DNA of 20,267 bases from Hadesarchaea archaeon. GTDB lineage: Archaea; Hadarchaeota; Hadarchaeia; Hadarchaeales; WYZ-LMO6. Shown piece after piece: positions 1 to 7,999 of the stretch (position 1 is the stretch's first letter; each line of letters opens with the position of its first letter). The position numbers were made by a program, and so were the translations under genes. The notes below the pieces were generated by a model, which did not search any database, was not told the origin of the DNA, and saw nothing but the letters and a program-made list of their open reading frames with translations. The stretch is taken from assembly GCA_029259185.1 (NCBI GenBank), contig JAPDJF010000047.1, positions 1 to 20,267 on the forward strand. The letters are read 5' to 3'.

Positions 1-140
1 ACTCCCTCTCCCTTGAAAGCTGTTCCATCGGAATCCACGGCGAGGTTGACTATGCCCAAGTCGACACCGAGAACGCCAACTGGGTCGTATGGCGATGGCT
101 CGGGAGCATCTACGACAACGGCGAGGTGAAACGAAGTTCT
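1..140 (-). pseudogene. tnpB: IS200/IS605-family TnpB fragment, 5'-truncated, running off the window start
   Basis: Manual minus-strand translation ...SFHLAVVVDAPEPSPYDPVGVLGVDLGIVNLAVDSDGTAFKGEG; GVDLG...LAV.SDG is the TnpB RuvC-I motif. The N-terminal part is absent and replaced by the structured element at ~143-265. Confidence 0.85.
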
Positions 141-142
141 AA

Positions 143-265
143 GCCAACAAGAAACCGTTAACTCCCCCGCCGGGAAGTCCCTTCCGCAAGGGAGAGGACG
201 AGAGGCGGAACGCATTAGTTGGTCGCCGAAGCAGGATGCCCCCTGCGAGAGCTGGGGGCAGTCAC
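143..265 (+). mobile_element. IS200/IS605 right end / omegaRNA-like structured element
   Basis: Ends GAAGCAGGATGCCCCCTGCGAGAGCTGGGGGCAGTCAC (subterminal hairpin plus TCAC). Nested helices: GCCAAC/GTTGGT, CGTT/AACG, CCGCC/GGCGG, GTCC-CTTCC-GCAA-GGGAG-A-GGAC. 222-265 closely matches the reverse complement of 20141-20185. Confidence 0.7.
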
Positions 266-286
266 GAACTGTAGACCGTAGGGCTC

Positions 287-296
287 TGAAAAAAGT
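287..296 (-). terminator. Putative oligo-T terminator after rpl12
   Basis: T6 tract on the minus strand ~10 nt after the rpl12 stop, at the end of the operon. Confidence 0.45.
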
Positions 297-304
297 TTGC
301 TCGA

Positions 305-619
305 TCAACCGAAGAGTGCTGAGAGCCCAGCCATTGCCTCTTCTTCTTTCTTTTCCTCCTCTTCCTTCTTCTCTTCTTTCTTCTCCTCTGCTTTCGGCGG
401 GGCCTCACCAGCTGGTGCCGTAGGCGCTGCAACCGCTGTTGGGGCAACCGCACTTTTGATCGCCTCATCTATGTTCACACCTTGGAGTGCTGAGATCAGG
501 GTTTTCACCCTGGCTTCGTCCACTTCTACACCGGCCGCCTTCAACACGTTGGTCAGGCTTTCCTCGTCAATTTTCTTTCCAGCTGCGTGGAGCAACATCA
601 CAGCATGTACGTATTCCAT
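305..619 (-). CDS. rpl12: 50S ribosomal stalk protein P1/L12
   Basis: [11 protein letters not shown] start, Ala/Pro hinge, acidic run and GLSALFG C-terminus; GGAGGTG Shine-Dalgarno upstream. Confidence 0.98.
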   Translation of the reverse strand: MEYVHAVMLLHAAGKKIDEESLTNVLKAAGVEVDEARVKTLISALQGVNIDEAIKSAVAPTAVAAPTAPAGEAPPKAEEKKEEKKEEEEKKEEEAMAGLSALFG

Positions 620-671
620 CTCACACCTCCTTTAGACTGAAATTCTCCATTTTAGTCTTTTTCCCAGTTTA

Positions 672-1592
672 TCAACTTTTGCCCGAACCCCGGAGGATCT
701 CTTTCAACTCATCATCGATTGCCCCCTCGCTCCTAGCCATTACGTTTAAAGCCAATGCCAGCATTTCCGAGCGGGCCCTGGCGATCAGACGGGGTAATGT
801 CTCCCGGGTGAAAAAGGCTGGGGCCAAAGAAAGGGCGAGGGCCAAGGCTTCGGTGGATGTTTCGATCAGCATGGGCATAACGGTCGCAGCGGTCGGGTAG
901 CCGATGTTGAGGGCTAGACTCAAGCACTCCCCGTGCGCTCGGGCCACACACTCCGAAACCACCTTTTCGTCGATATCCAAGACATCTCCTGAGAAGATCA
1001 GCCCTTTTTCGTAAATTGCCCGTGGTCGGAGGAAGAGTTCTACCGGCTCGATCCCTAGCTTGTTTAGGAGATCTACCATTTCCCTTGTTATGACCTCTCC
1101 CACCCTTACCACGGGAAAGTCCTCCGAGACCACAACCTTCCCAGCTTGAACCTTGGCCTTTACCCCCATCCTTTGTAACTCGCTCACGATAGGCCCGGGG
1201 GGAAAATCCGTTTCTCCAGCCTTTATCACAACATCAACCGAAGAGACGGCTCCCAGTTTGGCAGGGGCTTTCTCCCTCTCCCCCCTCAAGAGTTTATTGA
1301 GCTCGAAAGGACTGAGATCAGTAAATACGAGGGCAGATTGACCTTCGAGGTATTTTGACAGTTCTGCTAGCTTCGGATGCTCCTCCGCTGCCCGCTGCAA
1401 GGCCAACGCGATAAGCGTGTTCTTGGTAACCACTATCTCCGCTTGCCCACTCAGCCTTCTTCTGATCCGCTGGAAGAGTCGAGCTGGAAGACCGTGAAAG
1501 TCAACCACACCTACGGCTTTGGATCTCTTGAGTTTTTCGACAAGTTTTTCGACCGTTTCGGTCTTCCACTTGGGATAGGTAGCTCTCCTCAC
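672..1592 (-). CDS. rplP0: 50S ribosomal protein L10/P0 (uL10)
   Basis: PKWK, KNTL, GETDFPPGP motifs; lies between rpl1 and rpl12; lacks the usual acidic C-terminal tail. Confidence 0.96.
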   Translation of the reverse strand: MRRATYPKWKTETVEKLVEKLKRSKAVGVVDFHGLPARLFQRIRRRLSGQAEIVVTKNTLIALALQRAAEEHPKLAELSKYLEGQSALVFTDLSPFELNKLLRGEREKAPAKLGAVSSVDVVIKAGETDFPPGPIVSELQRMGVKAKVQAGKVVVSEDFPVVRVGEVITREMVDLLNKLGIEPVELFLRPRAIYEKGLIFSGDVLDIDEKVVSECVARAHGECLSLALNIGYPTAATVMPMLIETSTEALALALSLAPAFFTRETLPRLIARARSEMLALALNVMARSEGAIDDELKEILRGSGKS

Positions 1593-2242
1593 CCCCTCAC
1601 CTCCACCCTAACAGGTTTTCCCATCGTAGTTTTGATATACATGACCCTGATCTGGGCCATTCCCTTAGGAAGCTTTTGCTCGATCGCCTCGATCACCGAG
1701 AGCGCATTCTCGGCGAGCTGCTCATCTGACATCGCTTCGTCCCCTATCTTTGTTCGGATCGCGGGTTGGTCTCTCGTCCGCAGGGTTATCACCCTACGGT
1801 ATCTCTCGATAATTGGCTTGGGATTCACGTTTGAGGGAACCGGTTTTGGCATTTTATCCCTCGGGCCGAGGACGCGCCCCAGCAATCTCCCTATAACTGG
1901 CATGAGCTCGGTTTGAGCTAAAAAAACATCGTACTCCCGAGCCAGTTTTTTCGTCCGTTTGAGATCTTTGCCCAGCTCCTCTAGCTCCGCCCTCGAGAGG
2001 ACGAGCTCAGCTCCAGCTTCTCTCGCCTGTCTAGCGAGTTCCCCGTCTGCAAAGAACACCACCCTCCTATGTTTTCCCAACCCATGGGGGAGAAGAACGT
2101 CAACTGCAATACGCTCCTCTGTTTTCCTTAGGTCCACATTTTTCAGAGAAACCATCAGCTCCATGCCCTGCTTGAAATTTCTCTTCTTTCCAGACATCTT
2201 TGCCTCGCGTATCGCCTTCATGATGTTTTCTTTCAGATTCAC
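1589..2242 (-). CDS. rpl1: 50S ribosomal protein L1 (uL1)
   Basis: [27 protein letters not shown] motifs. Confidence 0.97.
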   Translation of the reverse strand: MNLKENIMKAIREAKMSGKKRNFKQGMELMVSLKNVDLRKTEERIAVDVLLPHGLGKHRRVVFFADGELARQAREAGAELVLSRAELEELGKDLKRTKKLAREYDVFLAQTELMPVIGRLLGRVLGPRDKMPKPVPSNVNPKPIIERYRRVITLRTRDQPAIRTKIGDEAMSDEQLAENALSVIEAIEQKLPKGMAQIRVMYIKTTMGKPVRVEVRG

Positions 2243-2715
2243 TTCAGTTCCTCCCCGTACGCACCCTCCTCTATTTCTCTTTGAACCTCTCTCGGATCCT
2301 TACCCTCAACCGTCACCCCCATACTCTTACACGTCCCCAGAACCTCCTTCACGGCACTCTTCAAGTCTTTTGAGAGACCTGCGTCTCCCCTCTCTTTGAC
2401 TATCTTTACGAGCTGAGCTATCGAGAGATTTCCAACCACCTCCTTTCCGGCAGTTTTCGCACCTTTTTCAAGTCCGAGTTCTTTTTTGATCAAAACCGAC
2501 ACGGGAGGGAGCCCAACCTCTACTTCGAACTCCTTTGTCTTCCTATCTACGATGAGGGTCACGGGTACTTTCATTCCCTCAAACCTCGCAGTCTCTTGGT
2601 TTATCTTCTGCACGACCTTTCCAACGTTCAGTCCCAGAGGGCCCAACGCCGGACCCAGCGGTGGACCGGGATTCGCCTTTCCCCCTTCTACAAGCAGTTT
2701 TATTCTTGCCTTCAT
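2239..2715 (-). CDS. rpl11: 50S ribosomal protein L11 (uL11)
   Basis: [18 protein letters not shown] and [12 protein letters not shown] motifs; ATG at 2715 preferred over GTG at 2724. Confidence 0.97.
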   Translation of the reverse strand: MKARIKLLVEGGKANPGPPLGPALGPLGLNVGKVVQKINQETARFEGMKVPVTLIVDRKTKEFEVEVGLPPVSVLIKKELGLEKGAKTAGKEVVGNLSIAQLVKIVKERGDAGLSKDLKSAVKEVLGTCKSMGVTVEGKDPREVQREIEEGAYGEELK

Positions 2716-2766
2716 CCATCCCACCGAGCCAAACCACTACCTTGATTAGAAAGCTTGGCTAAAATC

Positions 2767-2775
2767 GTTTTAAAG
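2767..2775 (-). promoter_or_regulatory. Putative TATA box upstream of rpl11
   Basis: TTTAAAA on the minus strand just after the stop of the OB-fold gene, ~55 nt upstream of rpl11. Confidence 0.4.
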
Positions 2776-2776
2776 C

Positions 2777-3076
2777 TTACTCGCCCTCTTGGATGGCTTC
2801 CAGTTTCCCGTACTTACCGGCGCTTACGTGGAGTTCTCCTTTGAATATCTTGGCATACCCGTTGGTTATCTTCACACGACATCCTGGTCTCACTCGTTCT
2901 ATCTCCTCATTCCAGAGCGACACTTTTATTCGCCCAGAATCGTCCTCACCTGTGGCTGTGGTCACTATCCCTTCCCTGCCCTCAGGGGTGAAATACCTTC
3001 TAGGGTTCTCCACTTCCACTATTCGGAGTTCGAGATCCACGTTCTTCATCCTAGGTCTCACATCGCTAACCCTCAT
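2777..3076 (-). CDS. Single OB-fold ssDNA-binding protein (SSB/RPA-like)
   Basis: DDSGRIKVSLW, V.ITNGY...FKGELHVSAGKYG match the single-OB archaeal SSB-like family; 4-nt overlap with spt5. Confidence 0.85.
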   Translation of the reverse strand: MRVSDVRPRMKNVDLELRIVEVENPRRYFTPEGREGIVTTATGEDDSGRIKVSLWNEEIERVRPGCRVKITNGYAKIFKGELHVSAGKYGKLEAIQEGE

Positions 3077-3558
3077 TTTTCACCTCCAGGTTCTCTCTTT
3101 TGGATTACTTTGATGGAGTCCGCTCTCACGGTCACGGGAATGGGAACGGTGGCTTCGAAAAACTCCACGGTTACCTCTTCTTTCTCCTTGTCTACTTGCA
3201 CTATCCTTGCCCTTTCACCCTTGAATGGGCCCGAGATGAGTTCTACGAGATCTCCGACCTCCATCCTCATCACGGGGGGCTTCGGAACGAGATACTGTTC
3301 CAGCTCCTCGATAGTGAGTTCACCCGAAACCATCCCCCGAGCGTGTTTGACACCGCTCCTCGCCCTCTCGACCGCTGTTCTCCCGAAGGCCTCTACGAAC
3401 ACGTACCCCGAAAGATTAGTGGGGGCCAATGCGGCTATGATGGGGAGGTCGTGTTTTTTTGCATGGGTAATTATAACGTCGGCTGTGTTCCTTTCCTGCC
3501 CGACGGTCACCCGTATAGCGTAGATGCTTGGTTTTTGGATCTCCTCCTCCACCCTCAC
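3073..3558 (-). CDS. spt5: Transcription elongation factor Spt5 (NusG)
   Basis: VTVGQE, GYVFVEA (NGN domain); GDLVELISGPFKGE (KOW). Confidence 0.97.
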   Translation of the reverse strand: MRVEEEIQKPSIYAIRVTVGQERNTADVIITHAKKHDLPIIAALAPTNLSGYVFVEAFGRTAVERARSGVKHARGMVSGELTIEELEQYLVPKPPVMRMEVGDLVELISGPFKGERARIVQVDKEKEEVTVEFFEATVPIPVTVRADSIKVIQKREPGGEK

Positions 3559-3722
3559 ACGCTCCCTTCGATCAGGTAGCTGATCGCCATCATCAAGAAC
3601 CCTATAAGTCCTATTATGAGAACACCCAACCCCGTCACTCTTGATACCTCTTTGAACTCTTCTTGGCTCGGCTTCTTAGCGACCATCAAAACTCGCTTGA
3701 CCTCGTAAAGCCATCGCGACAT
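3555..3722 (-). CDS. secE: Protein translocase SecE / Sec61-gamma
   Basis: [23 protein letters not shown] followed by one TM helix; ATG at 3722 overlaps the ftsZ stop (TGATG). The longer ORF-track start (3869) lies inside ftsZ. Confidence 0.93.
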   Translation of the reverse strand: MSRWLYEVKRVLMVAKKPSQEEFKEVSRVTGLGVLIIGLIGFLMMAISYLIEGSV

Positions 3723-4849
3723 CAGATGTACTCCAATCCTAGATCTATTTTCTCCGGCCTCAGCTCCACCACTTTGGATTCCATTTGGGCATAGGGAGAA
3801 TAGACCCCCGTAACCACTATCAGAACCCTTAGATCGTTTTTCATCTCCTCCGAGATCTGAGCACCCCAAACTATCTGTGCATCTGGATCCAGAACCTCTG
3901 AAACCCTCCCCACCACCTTCTCCGCCTCCTCTAGTGTCAAGCTAGGACCACCGCTCACGTTTACCAGTGCACCCTTCGCCCCTGAGATATCGGCATCCAA
4001 TAGCGGACTGTGGAGGGCCTCTTCAACCGCCTCCTCAGCCCTGTTTTCACCATCAGATTCTCCTATCCCTATTATCGCAGTTCCACTGTCTTGGAGGACT
4101 GCTCTGAGATCGGCAAAATCCAAGTTTATTAGCCCTGGCTTTGTTATGGTTTCGGTTATCCCCTTCACGGCATCCATGATGAGTTGATCTGCAACTTTGA
4201 ACGCGGCTCCGATCGGAAGATTGGGTGAGACTTCTAAAAGCTTGTCATTGGGGATGACTATCACGGTGTCCACGTTCCTCTTCAACCTCTCTAATCCCTC
4301 CTTCGCGTTCGACATCCTTCGGCTTCCCTCCACCCGAAAGGGGAGTGTCACTACGCCCAGCGTCAAGGCTCCGAGTTTCCTCGATATCTCTGCTATCACC
4401 GGAGCTGCACCGGTTCCAGTTCCACCCCCCAGCCCGCACGTCACGAATACCATGTCCGCTCCATAGATGTGATCCTTAATTATATCCTCATCCTCCCTAG
4501 CAGCTTGTTCACCCTTGCTAGGGTCGTTCCCAGCCCCCAAGCCTCCAGTCGTCTGCTTGCCTATCAAGATCTTCCTGTCAGCCGCTGTGTAGAGGAGATC
4601 CTGGGCATCGGTATTCACGGCTATCGCCTCCGCCCCCCATATTCCAACTTCCATCATCCTTGAGAGCGTGTTACCCCCGCTCCCACCGCAACCGATCACG
4701 AGTATCTTGACTGCTGCTTTCTCTTGAATCTCCTTTAGCTCTTCATCTGTGAAGGTCCTCTGAGGAAGCCTGACTTTGCTCTCCAGCTTCGATGGAACGG
4801 AGATCCCGGGTTTTACCCTCGATTCAACTTCACCCGAAGGTAAGCTCAC
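3722..4849 (-). CDS. ftsZ: Cell division protein FtsZ (FtsZ1 type by synteny)
   Basis: GGGTGTG tubulin signature, [14 protein letters not shown]; ftsZ-secE-spt5 synteny. Confidence 0.98.
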   Translation of the reverse strand: MSLPSGEVESRVKPGISVPSKLESKVRLPQRTFTDEELKEIQEKAAVKILVIGCGGSGGNTLSRMMEVGIWGAEAIAVNTDAQDLLYTAADRKILIGKQTTGGLGAGNDPSKGEQAAREDEDIIKDHIYGADMVFVTCGLGGGTGTGAAPVIAEISRKLGALTLGVVTLPFRVEGSRRMSNAKEGLERLKRNVDTVIVIPNDKLLEVSPNLPIGAAFKVADQLIMDAVKGITETITKPGLINLDFADLRAVLQDSGTAIIGIGESDGENRAEEAVEEALHSPLLDADISGAKGALVNVSGGPSLTLEEAEKVVGRVSEVLDPDAQIVWGAQISEEMKNDLRVLIVVTGVYSPYAQMESKVVELRPEKIDLGLEYI

Positions 4850-4872
4850 CTCACCACTTCAACTGATTGGAT

Positions 4873-5658
4873 TTAAGTTTTAAAGCTTTGTTGGAATGCA
4901 GCATCAGTGGTGTTTATCACCTTTATCCCCAATTTCTCAGAGGCCTTGAAGACGATCCTCCGCTGGATCGAGTTCAATCCCTTTTTATCCACGAGAAACA
5001 GACTCACCCCTCCCTGAGTCCTCTCCACCGCGAGTTCGAGAAGTTCCTCGTCTAGGGAAACGTACTTCGGAAGCACGTGCCCCACCCATACCTTTGTATA
5101 CAAGCACGCTTCGGTATGACGGGGTGAGTAGTGGGGCCCACCTACCCCCACCGCTTGGAGACATTTTGGGGTAGAAGCTGAGATCACAGCCCGCGCGACC
5201 ACCTCTCCGGCTTTCCTATCCACCCATTCTCTCGGAGAACTCCCTATCTCAACAAAGGTCACCGGGACTTCCAGATCAGTTGGCCCGTGATGTGTGGCCT
5301 CCAGCGACACTTCATATCCAAGCCCCGTTTTTTTCTCGATCGAATGAAGGGCTCTGAGTATCGATCCCACCGTGCTGGGTTTAGCTATTCCCAACCTCTT
5401 CTCCTCTGGTTTTCCTGGAACATGAACGGAGAGGGTTGGCCTGTGTGACTCACTAACATGTCTGGATACCACGATGGTCTCATCCGCGAAAGGTGGAACG
5501 AAGTCTATTTCAGCCGAATCTTTCTCCGTGTATGCGAGTACCGCATCCCCATACCTGAACTCCTCTTCCCCCACTCTCCTGAAGGGATAAAGCTCCAACA
5601 AACACGTAGCGATGTTTTGAGCCGCTGGGTCCTTTTTCGAGGCTAAGATGAGCTTCAC
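4873..5658 (-). CDS. dtdA: D-aminoacyl-tRNA deacylase (archaeal DTD2 type)
   Basis: SRH.S, EATHHGPT, FVEIGS, GGPHY motifs; conserved position upstream of ftsZ. Confidence 0.92.
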   Translation of the reverse strand: MKLILASKKDPAAQNIATCLLELYPFRRVGEEEFRYGDAVLAYTEKDSAEIDFVPPFADETIVVSRHVSESHRPTLSVHVPGKPEEKRLGIAKPSTVGSILRALHSIEKKTGLGYEVSLEATHHGPTDLEVPVTFVEIGSSPREWVDRKAGEVVARAVISASTPKCLQAVGVGGPHYSPRHTEACLYTKVWVGHVLPKYVSLDEELLELAVERTQGGVSLFLVDKKGLNSIQRRIVFKASEKLGIKVINTTDAAFQQSFKT

Positions 5659-5703
5659 ACCACTTCCTCAATCCCTTACGTTAAATTCCTTGCACGGAGC
5701 GAG

Positions 5704-7602
5704 TCAAGGAGGGTTACTGCCCAAGGCCCTCCGGACCTCCTCTATTGCGGTAGGATCTTCTATGGTGGAGTAGTCACCCAAGGGCTTATCCATGACGAGA
5801 GATTTCAATATTCGTCTCATGATCTTTCCACTCCTCGTTTTCGGAATTTTGGTCACGAAAACAAGTTTTCCGAATACCACTATCGGCCCCATTATGTTTC
5901 TAATCGTTTGAATGATCTCCTTTTTCAATTCCTCCTTTGGTTCCACTCCTCCTTTCAGGACTACGAATGCACACACGACTTCTTTCCTCAAAGGATCGGG
6001 CATCCCTGTAACCGCTGCCTCAGCCACGGCAGGATGGGTGAGGATTGCGCTCTCGATCTCTATCGTTCCCATCCTGTGCCCCGCTATTTTAATGACTTCG
6101 TCCGTTCTCGCGATGAACCACACGTATCCGTCCTCGTCCCGCTTAGCTGCATCACCCGTGTAGTAGCAGTTTGGAATTTTGCTCCAGTATTCTTCCACGT
6201 ACCGTTTGTCATCCCTCCACAAGGTTTGGATCAACCCCGGAAACGGTTTCCTGCATACGAAAATCCCCTCTATCCCGGGCGGGAGGGGTTCCCCTCTTTC
6301 ATCCACAACATCTCCTTCTATTCCGGGAAGGGGTATGGTGGCAGATCCGGGCTTTATCGGTAGGAGGGATATCCCGTAAGGATTTCCCACTATCGGTCCT
6401 CCGGTTTCAGTCTGCCACATGTGATCCACCACTGGGGCTCTGTCCTTCAACACTTTTTTCTGCAACCATTCCCAAGCGGGAGGATTCAGAGGCTCGCCCG
6501 CGGACGCGACGAATTTTATGCTACGCAAGTCATGTTTCAACGGAAGATCTTCTCCATACTTCATCAGAGACCTTATAAGAGTTGGCGAAACCCACATTTT
6601 GGTCACCTTGTGTTTCTCAACGATTTTCCAGAGTATGTCGGGAGAGGGATAATCGGGCGTGCCCTCATACATCACCGTCGTAGCCCCAACAAGCATCGGA
6701 CCGAAGAGAACGTAACTCGATCCCACGATCCATCCTATATCCGAAAGACAGAACCAAATATCACTCTCGTTCAATCCATACACCCACTTCCCCATAGCAT
6801 AAACGTGGACCTGATACCCCCCATGCGTATGGACTGTGCCCTTGGGCTTCGCTGTGGTGCCCGATGTGTGGAGTATAAAAGCTGGCTCATTGGCTTCCAT
6901 GGGTATCGCCTCGTGCTCCCCCTCTCCCATCTCCAAAGCCTCTTCCCAGTACAAGTCTCGATCCCTCCGCATCGGTGGTTCCTCGCTCCCCCTCCGGAGA
7001 ACCACTACTTTTTCAACTCCATCCACGAGTTCTAGGGCTTTGTCCGCGATACTTTTGAGTTGGATGATCGTACCCCTCCGGTAAGCCACATCAGAGGTGA
7101 GTAGCACTTTTGATCCAGCATTCTCTATTCGATCGGCCAGAGCCCGATATCCAAATCCAGCAAAAACCGGAGAGTATATCGCCCCTATTCGAAGGGTGGC
7201 AAAGATTCCAATTGCAGCTTCTGGAACCATTGGCATATAGAGGGTAACACGATCTCCTTTTTTGACTCCCAACGCCCTCAACGAGGACGCAAAACGCTTC
7301 ACCTCAGTCAGAAGTTGACCGTAGGTAAGGATCTTACTCTCTCCCCTCTCGGCAGACTCCCAGAGGATAGCCGGTTTATCTTTCCTCCCATTTAAAACGT
7401 TGTGATCAATACAGTTATATGAGATATTCGTCTTCCCGCCGACGAACCATTTGAAGAAAGGATATTTTTCCCGTTGAAAAACTCTCTCCCAAGGCTGAAA
7501 CCAGTAGAGTTCTCTCGCCACGTCTCCCCAAAACCCTTCCATATCCTTTGAGGCTCGCTCGATGAGTCTCCCCAATTCATCTGAAAACTCGATCCCACCC
7601 AT
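5704..7602 (-). CDS. acs: AMP-forming acetyl-CoA (acyl-CoA) synthetase
   Basis: HTSGTTAKPKG, WQTETGG, YYTGD, PKTRSGKIMRR (acetylation-site Lys). Confidence 0.93.
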   Translation of the reverse strand: MGGIEFSDELGRLIERASKDMEGFWGDVARELYWFQPWERVFQREKYPFFKWFVGGKTNISYNCIDHNVLNGRKDKPAILWESAERGESKILTYGQLLTEVKRFASSLRALGVKKGDRVTLYMPMVPEAAIGIFATLRIGAIYSPVFAGFGYRALADRIENAGSKVLLTSDVAYRRGTIIQLKSIADKALELVDGVEKVVVLRRGSEEPPMRRDRDLYWEEALEMGEGEHEAIPMEANEPAFILHTSGTTAKPKGTVHTHGGYQVHVYAMGKWVYGLNESDIWFCLSDIGWIVGSSYVLFGPMLVGATTVMYEGTPDYPSPDILWKIVEKHKVTKMWVSPTLIRSLMKYGEDLPLKHDLRSIKFVASAGEPLNPPAWEWLQKKVLKDRAPVVDHMWQTETGGPIVGNPYGISLLPIKPGSATIPLPGIEGDVVDERGEPLPPGIEGIFVCRKPFPGLIQTLWRDDKRYVEEYWSKIPNCYYTGDAAKRDEDGYVWFIARTDEVIKIAGHRMGTIEIESAILTHPAVAEAAVTGMPDPLRKEVVCAFVVLKGGVEPKEELKKEIIQTIRNIMGPIVVFGKLVFVTKIPKTRSGKIMRRILKSLVMDKPLGDYSTIEDPTAIEEVRRALGSNPP

Positions 7603-7625
7603 CCTCCACCCGATACTCCCCCCCT

Positions 7626-7634
7626 CTTATATGT
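7626..7634 (-). promoter_or_regulatory. Putative TATA box of acs
   Basis: ATATAAG on the minus strand ~25-30 nt upstream of the acs ATG. Confidence 0.45.
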
Positions 7635-7783
7635 GTTTCCAACACCCGTACGATTTTGGAAGCGCCAAGTGTCCCAGTCCATCCAATACTCGAAATCTTC
7701 AGGAGTTTCCCACTGGAACTACCCACCCCAAACCAAGGGGATTTCGGTATCGAGCCAAAATATTCAATAATTCTTTTCTCTCG

Positions 7784-7882
7784 TGGTGGGCCCGGAGGGA
7801 TTCGAACCCTCGATTTTCGCCTCGTGAAGGCGACGTTTGTCAGAGGTCCATTCTCCCCTCATGACCGCTAGACCACGGGCCC
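7784..7882 (-). tRNA. tRNA-Val(CAC) with a 23-nt intron at 23/24 (7837-7859); CCA encoded
   Basis: GGGCCCG acceptor, TCGCC-TTCACGA-GGCGA anticodon arm, GAGGG-TTCGAAT-CCCTC T arm, ACCA end. Removing AGGGGAGAATGGACCTCTGACAA gives a 76-nt cloverleaf. Confidence 0.93.
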
Positions 7883-7904
7883 ACCAATATTTTAGGTTCT
7901 TCCA

Positions 7905-7917
7905 ATTTAACTTAAAC
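7905..7917 (-). promoter_or_regulatory. Putative TATA box of tRNA-Val
   Basis: TTTAAGTTAAA on the minus strand ~25-35 nt upstream of the tRNA 5' end. Confidence 0.45.
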
Positions 7918-7999
7918 GTCCCACTCTAAATTTTGATACTCAATAGAAAGGAACCCAACATAATATTTGCGGGCCGGTATCATCCGGAGGTTCACGAGG

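Noticed and set aside
338-395. Pyrimidine-rich TTC/CTC repeat and the Arg/Lys-rich ORF 262-468
   Set aside because: It is the coding sequence of the P1 Glu/Lys-rich tail read in other frames.
2170-2760. L1 autoregulatory mRNA site in the rpl11 leader or early rpl1
   Set aside because: No convincing stem and internal loop mimicking the 23S rRNA L1 site at either place.
7755-7895. AT-rich inverted repeat flanking tRNA-Val (CCAAAATATT / AATATTTTAG)
   Set aside because: Short and low complexity; the upstream arm probably lies partly before the transcription start.
7971-7999. Plus-strand GGGCCGGTA as the start of a second, split or permuted tRNA
   Set aside because: No D arm or anticodon arm follows; better explained as trailer complementarity to tRNA-Ala.
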